From NCBI GenBank assembly GCA_038869895.1, contig JAWCQE010000004.1, forward strand, positions 16,293-80,292: a stretch of 64,000 nucleotides of DNA, given 5' to 3'. Shown here piece after piece: positions 36,914-47,179 of this stretch. The stretch is from Candidatus Pacearchaeota archaeon (GTDB lineage Archaea; Nanobdellota; Nanobdellia; Pacearchaeales; GW2011-AR1). How positions within the stretch are numbered: position 1 is the stretch's first letter; each line of letters opens with the position of its first letter. The translations under genes were made by a program, and so were the position numbers. The notes beneath the pieces were generated by a model, which worked only from the letters and a program-made list of their open reading frames with translations, did no database searches and had not been told where the DNA came from.

Positions 36914-38623
36914 TCACCTATGAGAATACCAAAATTCTAAAACTCCATCAAATCTATTTTTTCCATCAAATCTGCAAAACCCAAATCTTTCAAATTGTAT
37001 TATTTCTCCTTTATCTAAATCCAATGCATTCTTCTCTACAAATCCATTAATCCAGACACCATCAGGCATTAAAACTCTTGACTTTATCTCATCACAAACC
37101 CAATGTATTTTCTTAAGTTCAGGTTTATTTTCTTCAGAAGTAAAAATAGATTCTTTATCAAGTTTAACATTAAAAACGTGCATAAGTCTTACTTCCTTTC
37201 CCTTAAAATCTTCAAAATCTTTTTTTGTAATAAAAATCTCGTTCTTTTCTCCAGTATTTATAACTTTTTCATCTTTTTTTTCTGGATGAAACTTTACCTT
37301 TATTAAATTTGGAAGTTTTTTATCAAGTGAAATTTTTACAGGATTCTCAACAAAAAAATATCTGTTTGCTTTTTTATCAATATATCTTCTATTTATAGCA
37401 TATAAATCATCTATCGGAATTGAAATTTCCTTCTGATTAAGTCCTATTTTTTTAACAAAGTCTCTTAAAGTTTTTGAAAGGATGCCTCTTCTTGCAAGAC
37501 TTTGAATACTCCATGTCCTCGGGTCATCCCATCCAATATACTCTCCGCTATAAATTTCTTTTTGAGATTTACTTTTGCTTAACTTTCCACTTATTCCCTC
37601 AATTTTAATCAATCCAACGTAAATAATTTCTGGTTGTTTCCATCCAAAAATCTTCCATATAAATCTCTGAACTTCTCCTTCCATCATAAGTTCTTTTCCT
37701 CTTATAATATGAGTTACTCCGAGAAGATAATCATCGACAGCCCATGAAAATTCAAGCAATGGCCAAACCCTATATTTTTTACCAACACGCGGATGTTCTC
37801 TATCTGAAATCCTAAAAATAACTCTATCTCTAAAAGCGGGATTTTTATGCTTCATATCTGTCTTTAATCTAAGAACAGCACTCCCTTCAGGCATTAAAAA
37901 CATTTTCTTCCAATTATCCATTTGAAATTTTACAGGGAGTTCTCTTGAAGCAGAAGGAATGCCCCTTGCTCTAAGTTCCCTCATCTTTTCAACAGGAGTA
38001 AAATCAACATAAGCTTTTTTCTTTTTAATCAAATCTTCTGCATATTTATAATAAATCTTAACTCTATCAGATTTAAAGATTATTGGTTTTTCGTATTTTA
38101 CTTTAAGAAAATCAAATCCTTCCTTGATAAGATTATAAGCCTGTAAGTCAATTCTCTTCTCTTCACTTCCTATCGTGTCATCCATTATAAGAAGAATTTT
38201 TCCATTATATCTTTCTGCATACAAAGCATTCAAAAGATATGTTTTCATATTTCCTATATGCAACGCCCCAGATGGAAAAGGAGCCATTCTAAAAATCGGC
38301 TTTTTCTTCTTTTTCAAAAATTCTGCAATTCCGGGTAAATCTGGAAGTTCTTTTCTTTCATCACTAGATTTCTCCTTTTGAAATTTTTTATAATTATCAA
38401 ATTTTTTTTCTCTCTCTTCATAAGTCATCGCATTAACGAGGTTAACAATTCCCTCTATGGTTGGCATAACCTCTTTTATCTTGTCTTTCTTTAACCCATG
38501 AAGAAAAAGTTTAGGAAGAATATTTGATGCCCTCGCACTTCCGTATAAAAGAGCATTTTCAAGTGCATAAGCATAAATTTCATTACTAAAATCGTCCTTC
38601 ACTAATTTTTTTTTCAAAGGCAT
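36914..38623 (-). CDS. gltX: glutamate--tRNA ligase, archaeal type
   Basis: RMAPFPSGALHIGN (HIGH-like), KLSKSKS (KMSKS), IIRGKE, WDDPRTWSIQSLARRG. Size 569 aa. Confidence 0.9.
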   Translation of the reverse strand: MPLKKKLVKDDFSNEIYAYALENALLYGSARASNILPKLFLHGLKKDKIKEVMPTIEGIVNLVNAMTYEEREKKFDNYKKFQKEKSSDERKELPDLPGIAEFLKKKKKPIFRMAPFPSGALHIGNMKTYLLNALYAERYNGKILLIMDDTIGSEEKRIDLQAYNLIKEGFDFLKVKYEKPIIFKSDRVKIYYKYAEDLIKKKKAYVDFTPVEKMRELRARGIPSASRELPVKFQMDNWKKMFLMPEGSAVLRLKTDMKHKNPAFRDRVIFRISDREHPRVGKKYRVWPLLEFSWAVDDYLLGVTHIIRGKELMMEGEVQRFIWKIFGWKQPEIIYVGLIKIEGISGKLSKSKSQKEIYSGEYIGWDDPRTWSIQSLARRGILSKTLRDFVKKIGLNQKEISIPIDDLYAINRRYIDKKANRYFFVENPVKISLDKKLPNLIKVKFHPEKKDEKVINTGEKNEIFITKKDFEDFKGKEVRLMHVFNVKLDKESIFTSEENKPELKKIHWVCDEIKSRVLMPDGVWINGFVEKNALDLDKGEIIQFERFGFCRFDGKNRFDGVLEFWYSHR

Positions 38624-38777
38624 AATAATTAAAAAGAAAGATAATTAATAAACCTTAGTAGTCCTCAAATACCTATAAAAAATTTAAAAATGACTTCTTT
38701 GTATTATTTAACAAAATAATTTACATCTAAATTGCCAATCATTAATTTTAAAAACTCATTTGCATAATTAAAGTAAA

Positions 38778-39266
38778 ATGAAAATTCAACCATATTTTGA
38801 CAAGTTAAAAAAATCAAAAGCATTCAAAGAGTTTATAAGCAAAAATCCAAATGCATATCTCTCCTCAGGATTTTTTGTCTTAGATTTTCAGAATAAAAGA
38901 AATATGCATCAATTAGATTATTTTATCCCTGAAAACAAAAAAATTGAAACATTTATCCTTGATGAAAAAGAAATAATTCGCAAAGAATCTGAACCAATGA
39001 ATAGAGAAATTCCCCAAAAAATCGACAAAAAAATAAATCTTGATTTAGATGTATTAAAAGGAATTGTAGAAGATGAAATGAAAAACCAATTTATAACAGA
39101 CAAGATACAAAAGATAATTGCAATTGTCCAAAATATTGAAGGAAAATTAGTCTGGAACCTTAACTGCATTACAAATGAAATGGGAGTGATAAAAATCCAT
39201 ATTGATGACAAAAACCATTCTATTCTAAAATTTGAAAAGATTAACTTATTCGACATTATGAGATAA
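38778..39266 (+). CDS. hypothetical protein (162 aa)
   Basis: ORF only. Confidence 0.4.
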   Translation: MKIQPYFDKLKKSKAFKEFISKNPNAYLSSGFFVLDFQNKRNMHQLDYFIPENKKIETFILDEKEIIRKESEPMNREIPQKIDKKINLDLDVLKGIVEDEMKNQFITDKIQKIIAIVQNIEGKLVWNLNCITNEMGVIKIHIDDKNHSILKFEKINLFDIMR

Positions 39267-39293
39267 TATTAAATATTGATATATTTTTACATA

Positions 39294-39749
39294 ATGAATA
39301 AAATAAAATTTAGAAAAATTGTTTTTATCGTTATATATTTAAGAAAGAAAAATACGAAAAATAAAATATTATACCTCATCTTAAAAAGAAAGCTTCATTG
39401 GAATGGTTGGGAATTTCCAAAAGGAGGAGTAGAAAAAAACGAATCATATATTAAAGCACTAAAACGTGAAGTAAATGAAGAGACAGGACAATATCCTATA
39501 AATATTAAAAGGCATAATTTTAAAGGAAAATACAAATACAATAAAAGATTTAAAGATAGAAATGAACAAGGAAGTGAATTTTCCCTCTATTCTGCTGAAT
39601 TAAAAAGCGAAAAAATTAATATTGACAAAAGGGAACATTCATCTTACACTTGGAAAAGTTTTGATGATGCTCTAAAATTATTAAAATGGAACAATCAAAA
39701 AAGGTGTTTAAAGATTGTAAATAAATTTTTAGAAAAAAGAAAAGATTAG
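39294..39749 (+). CDS. NUDIX hydrolase
   Basis: Nudix box GWEFPKGGVEKNESYIKALKREVNEETG. The ATG at 39294 is preferred over the TTG at 39276 used by the track. Confidence 0.8.
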   Translation: MNKIKFRKIVFIVIYLRKKNTKNKILYLILKRKLHWNGWEFPKGGVEKNESYIKALKREVNEETGQYPINIKRHNFKGKYKYNKRFKDRNEQGSEFSLYSAELKSEKINIDKREHSSYTWKSFDDALKLLKWNNQKRCLKIVNKFLEKRKD

Positions 39750-39791
39750 ATTATTAATAAACAAAAAATATTGCGATAAATCAACAATACC

Positions 39792-40397
39792 TCATTTCTC
39801 TAACATAAAAACAATGTTTCTTGCAAGAGGATTTGAATGCTTTAGAATTTTAAATCCTGCATGTTCAAGTTCTTTTTTAAGTTCTTCAAAATTATACAAA
39901 TAATAATACCTAAAAACTTTGCTATTATTTCCAAGATTCCATGAAGCGTTTATTTCTTTTTTCTTGTTTTTCCATCTCTTTGAATCCTTATTCCATACAG
40001 AAATTATCGCTTTCCCCCCATTCTTTAAAACTCTTAAAATCTCTGCAATTGTTTTTTTCCTTTTTGTCATACCACTAATGCAATGTAATACTGAGATACA
40101 AATTACTTTGTCAAAAGAATTATCGTTATATTTTGTATTCCATACCATAGTCTTTTTTAATTCATAATAATTTTTATTCTTAGCAAATTTAAGCATTTCT
40201 TCAGAAAAATCAACTCCATACCATCTTCCTTTATTTATAAAATTCCTTCCGCTTCCACATCCTAAATCTAAAACAACATCATTCTTTAAAATAAATTTAT
40301 CAATAAATCCATCTTTGCTTCCAAATGCTTCTGTTTTATGTTTATTCCAAAACGGAGCAATCTTATCCCAAACATTTTCCTGACTAAGAGATTTCAT
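39792..40397 (-). CDS. class I SAM-dependent methyltransferase (Methyltransf_11-like)
   Basis: VLDLGCGSGRN motif I, GVDFSEEM, RVLKNGGKAIISV. Confidence 0.8.
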   Translation of the reverse strand: MKSLSQENVWDKIAPFWNKHKTEAFGSKDGFIDKFILKNDVVLDLGCGSGRNFINKGRWYGVDFSEEMLKFAKNKNYYELKKTMVWNTKYNDNSFDKVICISVLHCISGMTKRKKTIAEILRVLKNGGKAIISVWNKDSKRWKNKKKEINASWNLGNNSKVFRYYYLYNFEELKKELEHAGFKILKHSNPLARNIVFMLEK

Positions 40398-40509
40398 AAA
40401 ACAATAAAGAGGAAGAAGTTTTTAAGCATTAGGTTTAAGAAATTACAAAATTTATATAACTTTCTTATTTTTCAAAAGATTTTAAAAACTCTCAGATTCA
40501 AATATTATT

Positions 40510-41940
40510 ATGAAATTACCACAAGTAGGAGAAGTCAGAAAACCAACAAAAACCATAGCTGGTGTAACCCCTATTGCTGTAATGTGTTACCCAAGACCTT
40601 GTTCTCATGGAGTATGTCGTTATTGTCCTGTATTTGATGTCCCCCAGTCTTATACTCCCTCTTCTCCTCCTGTTTTAAGAGCAAAAAGGTATGGATATGA
40701 TTCCTACGGACAAGTTTCCTCAAGATTGCAGGCATTTAAAGTTATGAATCATCCAACAGATAAAATAGAAATAATTATTCTCGGAGGAACATTCCTCGAT
40801 TATCCCATAAATTACCAATATGAATTTGTTAAAGGAATTTATGATGCACTCAATGAAAAAATTTCTCCGACATTAGAAGAATCAAAAAAAATAAATGAAA
40901 CAGCTAAAAATAGGTGCGTTGCATTATGTATCGAAACACGTCCTGACTTTGCTGGAAAAAAAGAAATTGAACGAGCGTTAGATTTTGGATGCACTAGGAT
41001 GGAAATTGGTGTTCAAATACTTGATGACGAAATATACAAGCACATAAATCGTGCCCATACTATTCAAGACGTAATTGATGCAACACATAATTTACGAAAT
41101 GCTGGATTTAAAATAGGATATCACATAATGCCTGGACTTCCTGGAAGCAATCCTGAAAAAGACCTTAAATTGTTTAATCTTCTTTGGAGTTCAAAAGACT
41201 TCAAACCAGACCAACTAAAAATTTATCCGACACAGGTTATGCAAAACAGCGGATTAGAAAGAGATTTCAAGCTAGGAAGATTTAAGCCTTACACTTTAGA
41301 ACAAACTCGAGAGTTATTAATTGAAATGTTTAAAACAATACCAGAGTATTGTAGAACAATGAGGGTTATGAGGCAGTTTTCACCAGAACATATTGTTGCA
41401 GGAACAACAAGAATTTCACTAAGGAAAGATTTAGACGAAGAATTAAAAGAAAGAAAAATCCCAATAAAAGAAATACGTTTCAGAGAGATAGGACATGTAA
41501 TGAGGTACAATAAAAATATAAATAAAGAGCTCGAGATTAAAATAAGTGAATATGAAGCTTCAGATGGAAAAGAATTTTTTATACAAGTGGTAAATAAAGA
41601 TAATATTCTATTTGGACTTTTAAGACTAAGAATTCCAGACAATATAAAATTTCCAATAATAAAAGAACTCAAAGAATGTGCAATAATAAGAGAATTACAT
41701 GTTTATGGACAATCATTAAAAATTAGAGACAATAAAAAAAATATTTATACAGAAATTGAAGCAAACAAAGTCCAGCATAAAGGACTTGGAAAAGAACTTA
41801 TGAAGAAAGCAGAAGAGATAGTAAGACAAAATAAAATAAAAAAACTTGCAGTAATTTCAGGAGTGGGAGTAAGAGAATATTATAAAAAATTAGGATATAC
41901 TCTCAAAAAATGGTATATGATTAAGGAAATTAATTCCTAA
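40510..41940 (+). CDS. elp3: Elp3-like radical SAM / GNAT tRNA-modification enzyme
   Basis: KTIAGVTPIAVMCYPRPCSHGVCRYCP (Cx4Cx2C), radical-SAM core, C-terminal GNAT QHKGLGKELMKKAE. Confidence 0.9.
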   Translation: MKLPQVGEVRKPTKTIAGVTPIAVMCYPRPCSHGVCRYCPVFDVPQSYTPSSPPVLRAKRYGYDSYGQVSSRLQAFKVMNHPTDKIEIIILGGTFLDYPINYQYEFVKGIYDALNEKISPTLEESKKINETAKNRCVALCIETRPDFAGKKEIERALDFGCTRMEIGVQILDDEIYKHINRAHTIQDVIDATHNLRNAGFKIGYHIMPGLPGSNPEKDLKLFNLLWSSKDFKPDQLKIYPTQVMQNSGLERDFKLGRFKPYTLEQTRELLIEMFKTIPEYCRTMRVMRQFSPEHIVAGTTRISLRKDLDEELKERKIPIKEIRFREIGHVMRYNKNINKELEIKISEYEASDGKEFFIQVVNKDNILFGLLRLRIPDNIKFPIIKELKECAIIRELHVYGQSLKIRDNKKNIYTEIEANKVQHKGLGKELMKKAEEIVRQNKIKKLAVISGVGVREYYKKLGYTLKKWYMIKEINS

Positions 41941-42346
41941 AAGAATTTTTTGGATTAAAAAAAAGCAGTAAGATAATTATTAGATTTAATACCAATGTTC
42001 CATAAAATTCTATATTTGAAATATTTTCTATTAAGAAAAAATAAGTCCCAATCATAGAATCTATTACAAGAAAAATTAATAAAGAAATTAAAAAATATTT
42101 ATAATTTTTTATTTGCCATACAAAAAATAAAAGATAGATAATTGCAAAAGATATAAACAATATTGTTAAAGGGGGAATTAGATTAAGAACCAGCCTAATC
42201 AATATAAAAACTAAAACTATGTACCAGTAGATAGACTTAGAAAAAATAACTTTTTCATTTTGTTTTTTAGCCATAGAAGACATAACAACATTAATTTTTA
42301 TATCTTTCTCACTATAAAATAATAAAGGTATTTTAACAAAAGCCAT
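41930..42346 (-). CDS. integral membrane protein (138 aa)
   Basis: Three hydrophobic helices. The start is uncertain. Confidence 0.4.
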   Translation of the reverse strand: MAFVKIPLLFYSEKDIKINVVMSSMAKKQNEKVIFSKSIYWYIVLVFILIRLVLNLIPPLTILFISFAIIYLLFFVWQIKNYKYFLISLLIFLVIDSMIGTYFFLIENISNIEFYGTLVLNLIIILLLFFNPKNSFRN

Positions 42347-42452
42347 ATAATTCTAAATATATATTGCTTATTGTGCAATCAAATGACATTACTATCTCCT
42401 ATGCTTACAAGATTGATATCTCAAAGTATTAGAAAGAAAATAAATTATTTAA

Positions 42453-42872
42453 TCATTCAATTTCTTTTAGTTTTTCTATTACCTTGCTAGTTATATCTAC
42501 ATATCCCTTTATTTCAGGATCATTCATTTCAACAACGACATCATAATTATTTTCAAAAGCACATTTTTTTATTGCATCACTTATATTAATATAAATCCTA
42601 TTTAAAACTCTATAATAATCTGGGTCGCTGTCGCTTTTAGGAAGTTCTTTATAATACTTACTTTTTAAAGCAACATCATTGTATCTTATATATGCCGGAT
42701 TTTTAGAATCATTTATTTTTCTTACAGAACTATAATATACACTATCGGCATGTGATTGATGAGATAATGGAAAAATACATGTTCCAGCTACTCCAGAAAT
42801 TATAAACCTAAAAAAATCTCTTCTATCGTATTTATTCTTCTCATCTTCTTTATCTTCTCTATAATTTTTCAT
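42453..42872 (-). CDS. small exported protein with twin-arginine-like signal
   Basis: DRRDFFRFIISGVAGTCIFPL resembles (S/T)RRxFLK followed by an h-region. Confidence 0.45.
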   Translation of the reverse strand: MKNYREDKEDEKNKYDRRDFFRFIISGVAGTCIFPLSHQSHADSVYYSSVRKINDSKNPAYIRYNDVALKSKYYKELPKSDSDPDYYRVLNRIYINISDAIKKCAFENNYDVVVEMNDPEIKGYVDITSKVIEKLKEIE

Positions 42873-42992
42873 TTTTCTCCAAATCTTTTAAAAAAATTAA
42901 GTAAAAACTAATTTTAAGTTTATAAATATTTCTTACTACTTTAAAGTTATTTAATTTTAGAAATATATAAAAACTACTCTCTAATAAAATAT

Positions 42993-43421
42993 TCACATAA
43001 TTTTCAATTCTTTTCCAAAATAATTTTTTACTATCTTTTTCATTTCTTCAAATCTTGTTTTATTTCTGCCAATAAGGAGTGCTTTGTTTTGGGTTCCTGC
43101 ATTTATTATAAGAAAATTATCATTAATTTCTATATTTTTCATCTGAATAGGATATATTATTGTTGAAATAAATTTCTCAGCATCTTCAAGTCCTTTTGGT
43201 TGTAAAACTACTTTCATCTTTTTACCAATTATTTCTGACATTTTCCTTATATTTTTTCCGTTTTCACCTATTGCTTGTGAAACTTTTGTTTCGGGAACAA
43301 CAAAGATAACTACATTATTATAAAGAAAGCAATGTTTTGGAGAGATTTTGCTTATTTTTGCAAATAAATTTATATACCTCATAACTTGCATGTCAATTGT
43401 TTTAATCATCGTTAAGAACAA
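42993..43421 (-). CDS. nusA: archaeal NusA-like KH-domain protein
   Basis: Two KH-like GxxG segments (AIGENGKNIRKMSE, LIGRNKTRFEEMKKIV). Lies downstream of rpoA, as in archaeal RNAP operons. The start may be an internal Met. Confidence 0.75.
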   Translation of the reverse strand: MFLTMIKTIDMQVMRYINLFAKISKISPKHCFLYNNVVIFVVPETKVSQAIGENGKNIRKMSEIIGKKMKVVLQPKGLEDAEKFISTIIYPIQMKNIEINDNFLIINAGTQNKALLIGRNKTRFEEMKKIVKNYFGKELKIM

Positions 43422-43618
43422 CTTTGTTTTATTTATTAAAAATATTACATTTATAAAATTATTGTTTTGATTCTTTTGATTTTTTACATCCTTAAAAATT
43501 TTATTCTTCTATTAGCAATATTAAGAACATTTCTATAAATTTTATTTGGATTAAATAATCCTATTTTTCTTTAAATCTCCTCCTTTAATTTTCCAAAGGA
43601 TAACATTAAATTTTTTAG

Positions 43619-46600
43619 TCATTTTTTCTTTTTGTCAGTTTTTACTTCTTTGGCTAATGGGCCTGTAATCTTTACCATCAGTCCAGGAAGGCCTGTCCCA
43701 ACTGGAACTGGCTGATTAAGAATTATATTTTCTATAACACTTAAAAGTTCATCTTTACTTGCTTTGAGAGTTGCATTAACAAAATGTTTTATTGGAGTCT
43801 CAAAACTTGCTCTTGCAAGAATACTAGATTTTCTTGCAATTATCCCCATCCTTGTCATACCATGAATTTCCCCATCGACAGTCATTGAATCAGCTACAAG
43901 TTTCAAATGTCTCTTATCAATATCTAATCCTTGCGAACCAAGAACTTTTTCGATTTCATTTATTATGGAATTTCGAGCGACTTCAATTCCAAAAACGTCA
44001 GCCATCTCATAAATATTATTTGTTATTGTTCTCTCTTTATTAATACCTTTCAGTGCAACAACTTCTTTTAAATTTGAGCCAGAAGTAAGAATTACAAAAT
44101 TCCTATCACGCTTTACAATAAGTATTTGAGATATTCCCTTTATTCCAGAAATTGTTGTATTTTTAATTTTCTCCTTCAATTTATATAATTCCTTAAAGTT
44201 AACATTACTTGCACTAACAATTATTGAATTATCCCTAACAATAAGTTTATAATTTCCAGAAAGTTTTTCTGAAATTGCCTGGATTCCAATATGAGTTGAT
44301 TTAAGTGATTTTGGATTAACTACAAATTCTATTTTCTTATCAGAAAAATTAATCTTTGCTTCAGAAAGAATTTCTTTAAACTTAATTTCTTTTATTTTTT
44401 CAGCGATTATTTTAGCATTTTTCTCATCATTATATTCTCTATCAAGATGAATTTCCATAGCTGGAGTGGATGGAGTCTTTCTTGCATCAAAAATTTCTAT
44501 AAGTCTTGGAAGTCCAAGAGTTATTTGCATTTCCTGAACTCCGGCAAAATGAAATACATTAAGTGTCATTTGCGTAGATGATTCACCAAAACTCTGTGCA
44601 GTAACAATCCCAATTGCTTCTCCAGGAGAAACTTTCTTTTTTAAATGTATTCCTGAAACATCAATACCATCATCTCCATATTGAAATTGAATTATTTGCC
44701 CAACAGCATCTCTAACAGTACCATCGTATTCCACCCTTAAATCCTGCATAGCATTAGCAAGTCTTCTATATAAATATCCTGACTTTGGAGTTCTCAAAGC
44801 AGTATCCATAAGTCCATCTCTTCCAGTAATCGCATCAAAGAAAAATTCGTGTGGGTTTAACCCATCAATATATGAAGAATATATAAATCCTCGCGCTTTC
44901 GGGGAGAGGTCATTCTCTTTAAAACAAGAAAGCGTTCTGTTTAAATATCCATGACTAATTCTCTCATCCCACAAAGACCTCTGTCCAACTGAACATGCAA
45001 TCTGTGTTATATTAAGCATATTCCCCCCAGAACCAGACACTATCATGTTATTAACTGACTTGTCACTAGGAAATTCCTCCTTAACAATTTTTCCAATTTT
45101 TGTCCTTATCTCATTTAGAGTCTGAAGTATTTTAATTTCCCTTGACTCTTCAATTGTTTTACCAGGAATAATCTCAAGTCTACCTTGATTATAATCAGCA
45201 ATTATCTTATCCGTCTTAATTTCGCCATCCCTAATTATTTCATTTGTTTTATCTTTTATTTTCTTGGTGACATTAATATCATCAAGCGAAATTGTAAATC
45301 CATTTCTTGAAAGATAGCTTGTCCCAAGAATAAAAGCCCTTAAAATTGCCTCCATGGCTTTTTCACGTCCTATTTCCACATCAATCTGCCTTGTAATTTT
45401 ATCATTTTCAACACCAAAAGTATATTCATCTATAAGTTCATTTTTTTCAATTTCAGAAATAAGTGATTTGCTAACATTTGGAAGGACTCCAATAAATAAC
45501 TCTTTTCCGCTAATTACTTCCTTATTTAATACTTTAATAACTCCAGCATTAAAAAGAAGTTGATGAGCCTCATCTCTTGTAAATTTATTTTTTCCAAGAA
45601 GATAATTCCCTGTAATAGCATCTGATATTGTCCCTATTAAATTTGTGTTATTCTTTGGACTTATTAAATTTCTATTTACATTTAAAAGAATTCTTGCCTC
45701 AGCTCTTGCCTCCTCTGTTTGAGGGATATGCACATTCATTTCATCTCCGTCAAAATCAGCATTATATGGAAACACAACTGCAGGATGCATTCTGAATGTT
45801 CTATATGGAAGTATTTTTGCATAATGAGCCATTAAACTTCCTCTATGAAGACTTGGATGTCTATTAAAAAGAACTATATCCCCATCCTTAAGATGGCGTT
45901 CAACAAAATATCCTGGTTTTAGTTCTTCAATAATTTCAGCCTTTAGTTCTTTACTTATTCTTTTTCTTCTTCCATCGGGCCTTATAATATAATTTGCTCC
46001 AGGGTATCCATCATTCATAATTAATTTTTTTAATGACTCAATATTAAGAGTCGTAACTTCTTCATTAACTGTTAAAATTTCTGCTATTTCATAAGGAATT
46101 CCAACCTCATCTATTTTTAACGACGGATCTGGAGAGATAACAGTTCGAGACGAAAAATTAACTCTCTTCCCCGCAAGATTATGCCTTATTCTTCCCTCTT
46201 TACCTTTGATTCTTTCAGTAATTGTTTTTAGTGGCTGTCCACTTCTATGTCTTGCTGGAGGAATTCTTGATATTGTATTATCAAAAAAAGTTGTTATATG
46301 ATATTGTAATAAATCCCACAAATCATCTATTATAACTTCAGGAGCACCCGCATTAAGATTTTCCCAAAGTCTTTGATTGCTCCTTATAATATCTCCAAGT
46401 TTATGAGTTAAATCATCCTCACTTCTTTCTCCTGACTCTAAAGTTATACTTGGCCTAACAGTAACGCTTGGAACTAAAAGAACAGTTAAAATCGCCCATT
46501 CAGGTCTAAAAGTTTCAGGAGATACTCCTATAATTCTAACATGTTCATCTGGAATTCTCTCAAGAATCTCTCTTATTCCAGTTGGAAAAATTCTTTTCTT

Positions 46601-47056
46601 TCCAAGTAGAAATGTAGTTGGTTTTTCGATTTTTATTTTATCTTGAACCGCCCCACAAAAGAAACATTTCTTTGCATCTTTTGATTTTTTTATTCTCTGA
46701 GCAAGTGAAAGTTTTTCTATATCACTCTCTTTAAGAAGGATTTTACCACATTCTTTACAGAAACTTCTCAAAAACATATAAATTGTAGGGACATAATTTA
46801 CATGGATTACTGGACGGGCAAGTTCAATTGCTCCAGGATGTCCAAGACATTCTTTCAATCTCCCTCCACACGTCCTACATCTTACACCAGGATCAATAGC
46901 CCCAAGTCTTAAATCCATAAGTCCGCCATCAACGGGATAACCATCCATATCATAAAGTTCTGGAGTAATAATTTTTGCAGCACTCAATCTTTTTATCTCT
47001 TCAGGAGAAAGAAGAGAAAACTGCAAAGCTTTTATTTGTTTTTTTATTGGCCCCAT
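43619..47056 (-). CDS. rpoA: DNA-directed RNA polymerase subunit A, unsplit (A' and A'' regions in one 1145-aa ORF)
   Basis: N-terminal zinc region CRTCGGRLKECLGHPG, catalytic NADFDGDEMN, bridge-helix region GRDGLMDTALRTPKSGYLYRRL. It then runs directly into YGDDGIDVSGIHLKKKVSPGEAIGIVTAQSFGESSTQMTLNVFHFAGV (trigger loop, normally the A'' N-terminus) and the A'' C-terminal block ARASFETPIKHF, with no stop. Confidence 0.9.
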   Translation of the reverse strand: MGPIKKQIKALQFSLLSPEEIKRLSAAKIITPELYDMDGYPVDGGLMDLRLGAIDPGVRCRTCGGRLKECLGHPGAIELARPVIHVNYVPTIYMFLRSFCKECGKILLKESDIEKLSLAQRIKKSKDAKKCFFCGAVQDKIKIEKPTTFLLGKKRIFPTGIREILERIPDEHVRIIGVSPETFRPEWAILTVLLVPSVTVRPSITLESGERSEDDLTHKLGDIIRSNQRLWENLNAGAPEVIIDDLWDLLQYHITTFFDNTISRIPPARHRSGQPLKTITERIKGKEGRIRHNLAGKRVNFSSRTVISPDPSLKIDEVGIPYEIAEILTVNEEVTTLNIESLKKLIMNDGYPGANYIIRPDGRRKRISKELKAEIIEELKPGYFVERHLKDGDIVLFNRHPSLHRGSLMAHYAKILPYRTFRMHPAVVFPYNADFDGDEMNVHIPQTEEARAEARILLNVNRNLISPKNNTNLIGTISDAITGNYLLGKNKFTRDEAHQLLFNAGVIKVLNKEVISGKELFIGVLPNVSKSLISEIEKNELIDEYTFGVENDKITRQIDVEIGREKAMEAILRAFILGTSYLSRNGFTISLDDINVTKKIKDKTNEIIRDGEIKTDKIIADYNQGRLEIIPGKTIEESREIKILQTLNEIRTKIGKIVKEEFPSDKSVNNMIVSGSGGNMLNITQIACSVGQRSLWDERISHGYLNRTLSCFKENDLSPKARGFIYSSYIDGLNPHEFFFDAITGRDGLMDTALRTPKSGYLYRRLANAMQDLRVEYDGTVRDAVGQIIQFQYGDDGIDVSGIHLKKKVSPGEAIGIVTAQSFGESSTQMTLNVFHFAGVQEMQITLGLPRLIEIFDARKTPSTPAMEIHLDREYNDEKNAKIIAEKIKEIKFKEILSEAKINFSDKKIEFVVNPKSLKSTHIGIQAISEKLSGNYKLIVRDNSIIVSASNVNFKELYKLKEKIKNTTISGIKGISQILIVKRDRNFVILTSGSNLKEVVALKGINKERTITNNIYEMADVFGIEVARNSIINEIEKVLGSQGLDIDKRHLKLVADSMTVDGEIHGMTRMGIIARKSSILARASFETPIKHFVNATLKASKDELLSVIENIILNQPVPVGTGLPGLMVKITGPLAKEVKTDKKKK

Positions 47057-47179
47057 TTATTTTTTTCCTTTTATAATTAATTCTGTCTTACCAATATAAT
47101 ACAATCTTTCTATTGAACATAACAAATAACCATTCTCTAATACTACAAATTTACATGTATTGGATTTTTTCTCTTGCAT
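47057..47179 (-). CDS. 40-codon micro-ORF exactly filling the rpoB-rpoA junction (not in the ORF track)
   Basis: Hand translation: MQEKKSNTCKFVVLENGYLLCSIERLYYIGKTELIIKGKK. Its ATG directly follows the rpoB TAA, and its TAA directly precedes the rpoA ATG. No homology recognised. Confidence 0.3.
   Translation of the reverse strand: MQEKKSNTCKFVVLENGYLLCSIERLYYIGKTELIIKGKK

Noticed and set aside
40338-40637. 99-aa ORF overlapping the start of Elp3.
   Set aside because: It overlaps the methyltransferase 5' end and the Elp3 N-terminus in another frame. It has no motifs and a basic, low-complexity sequence.
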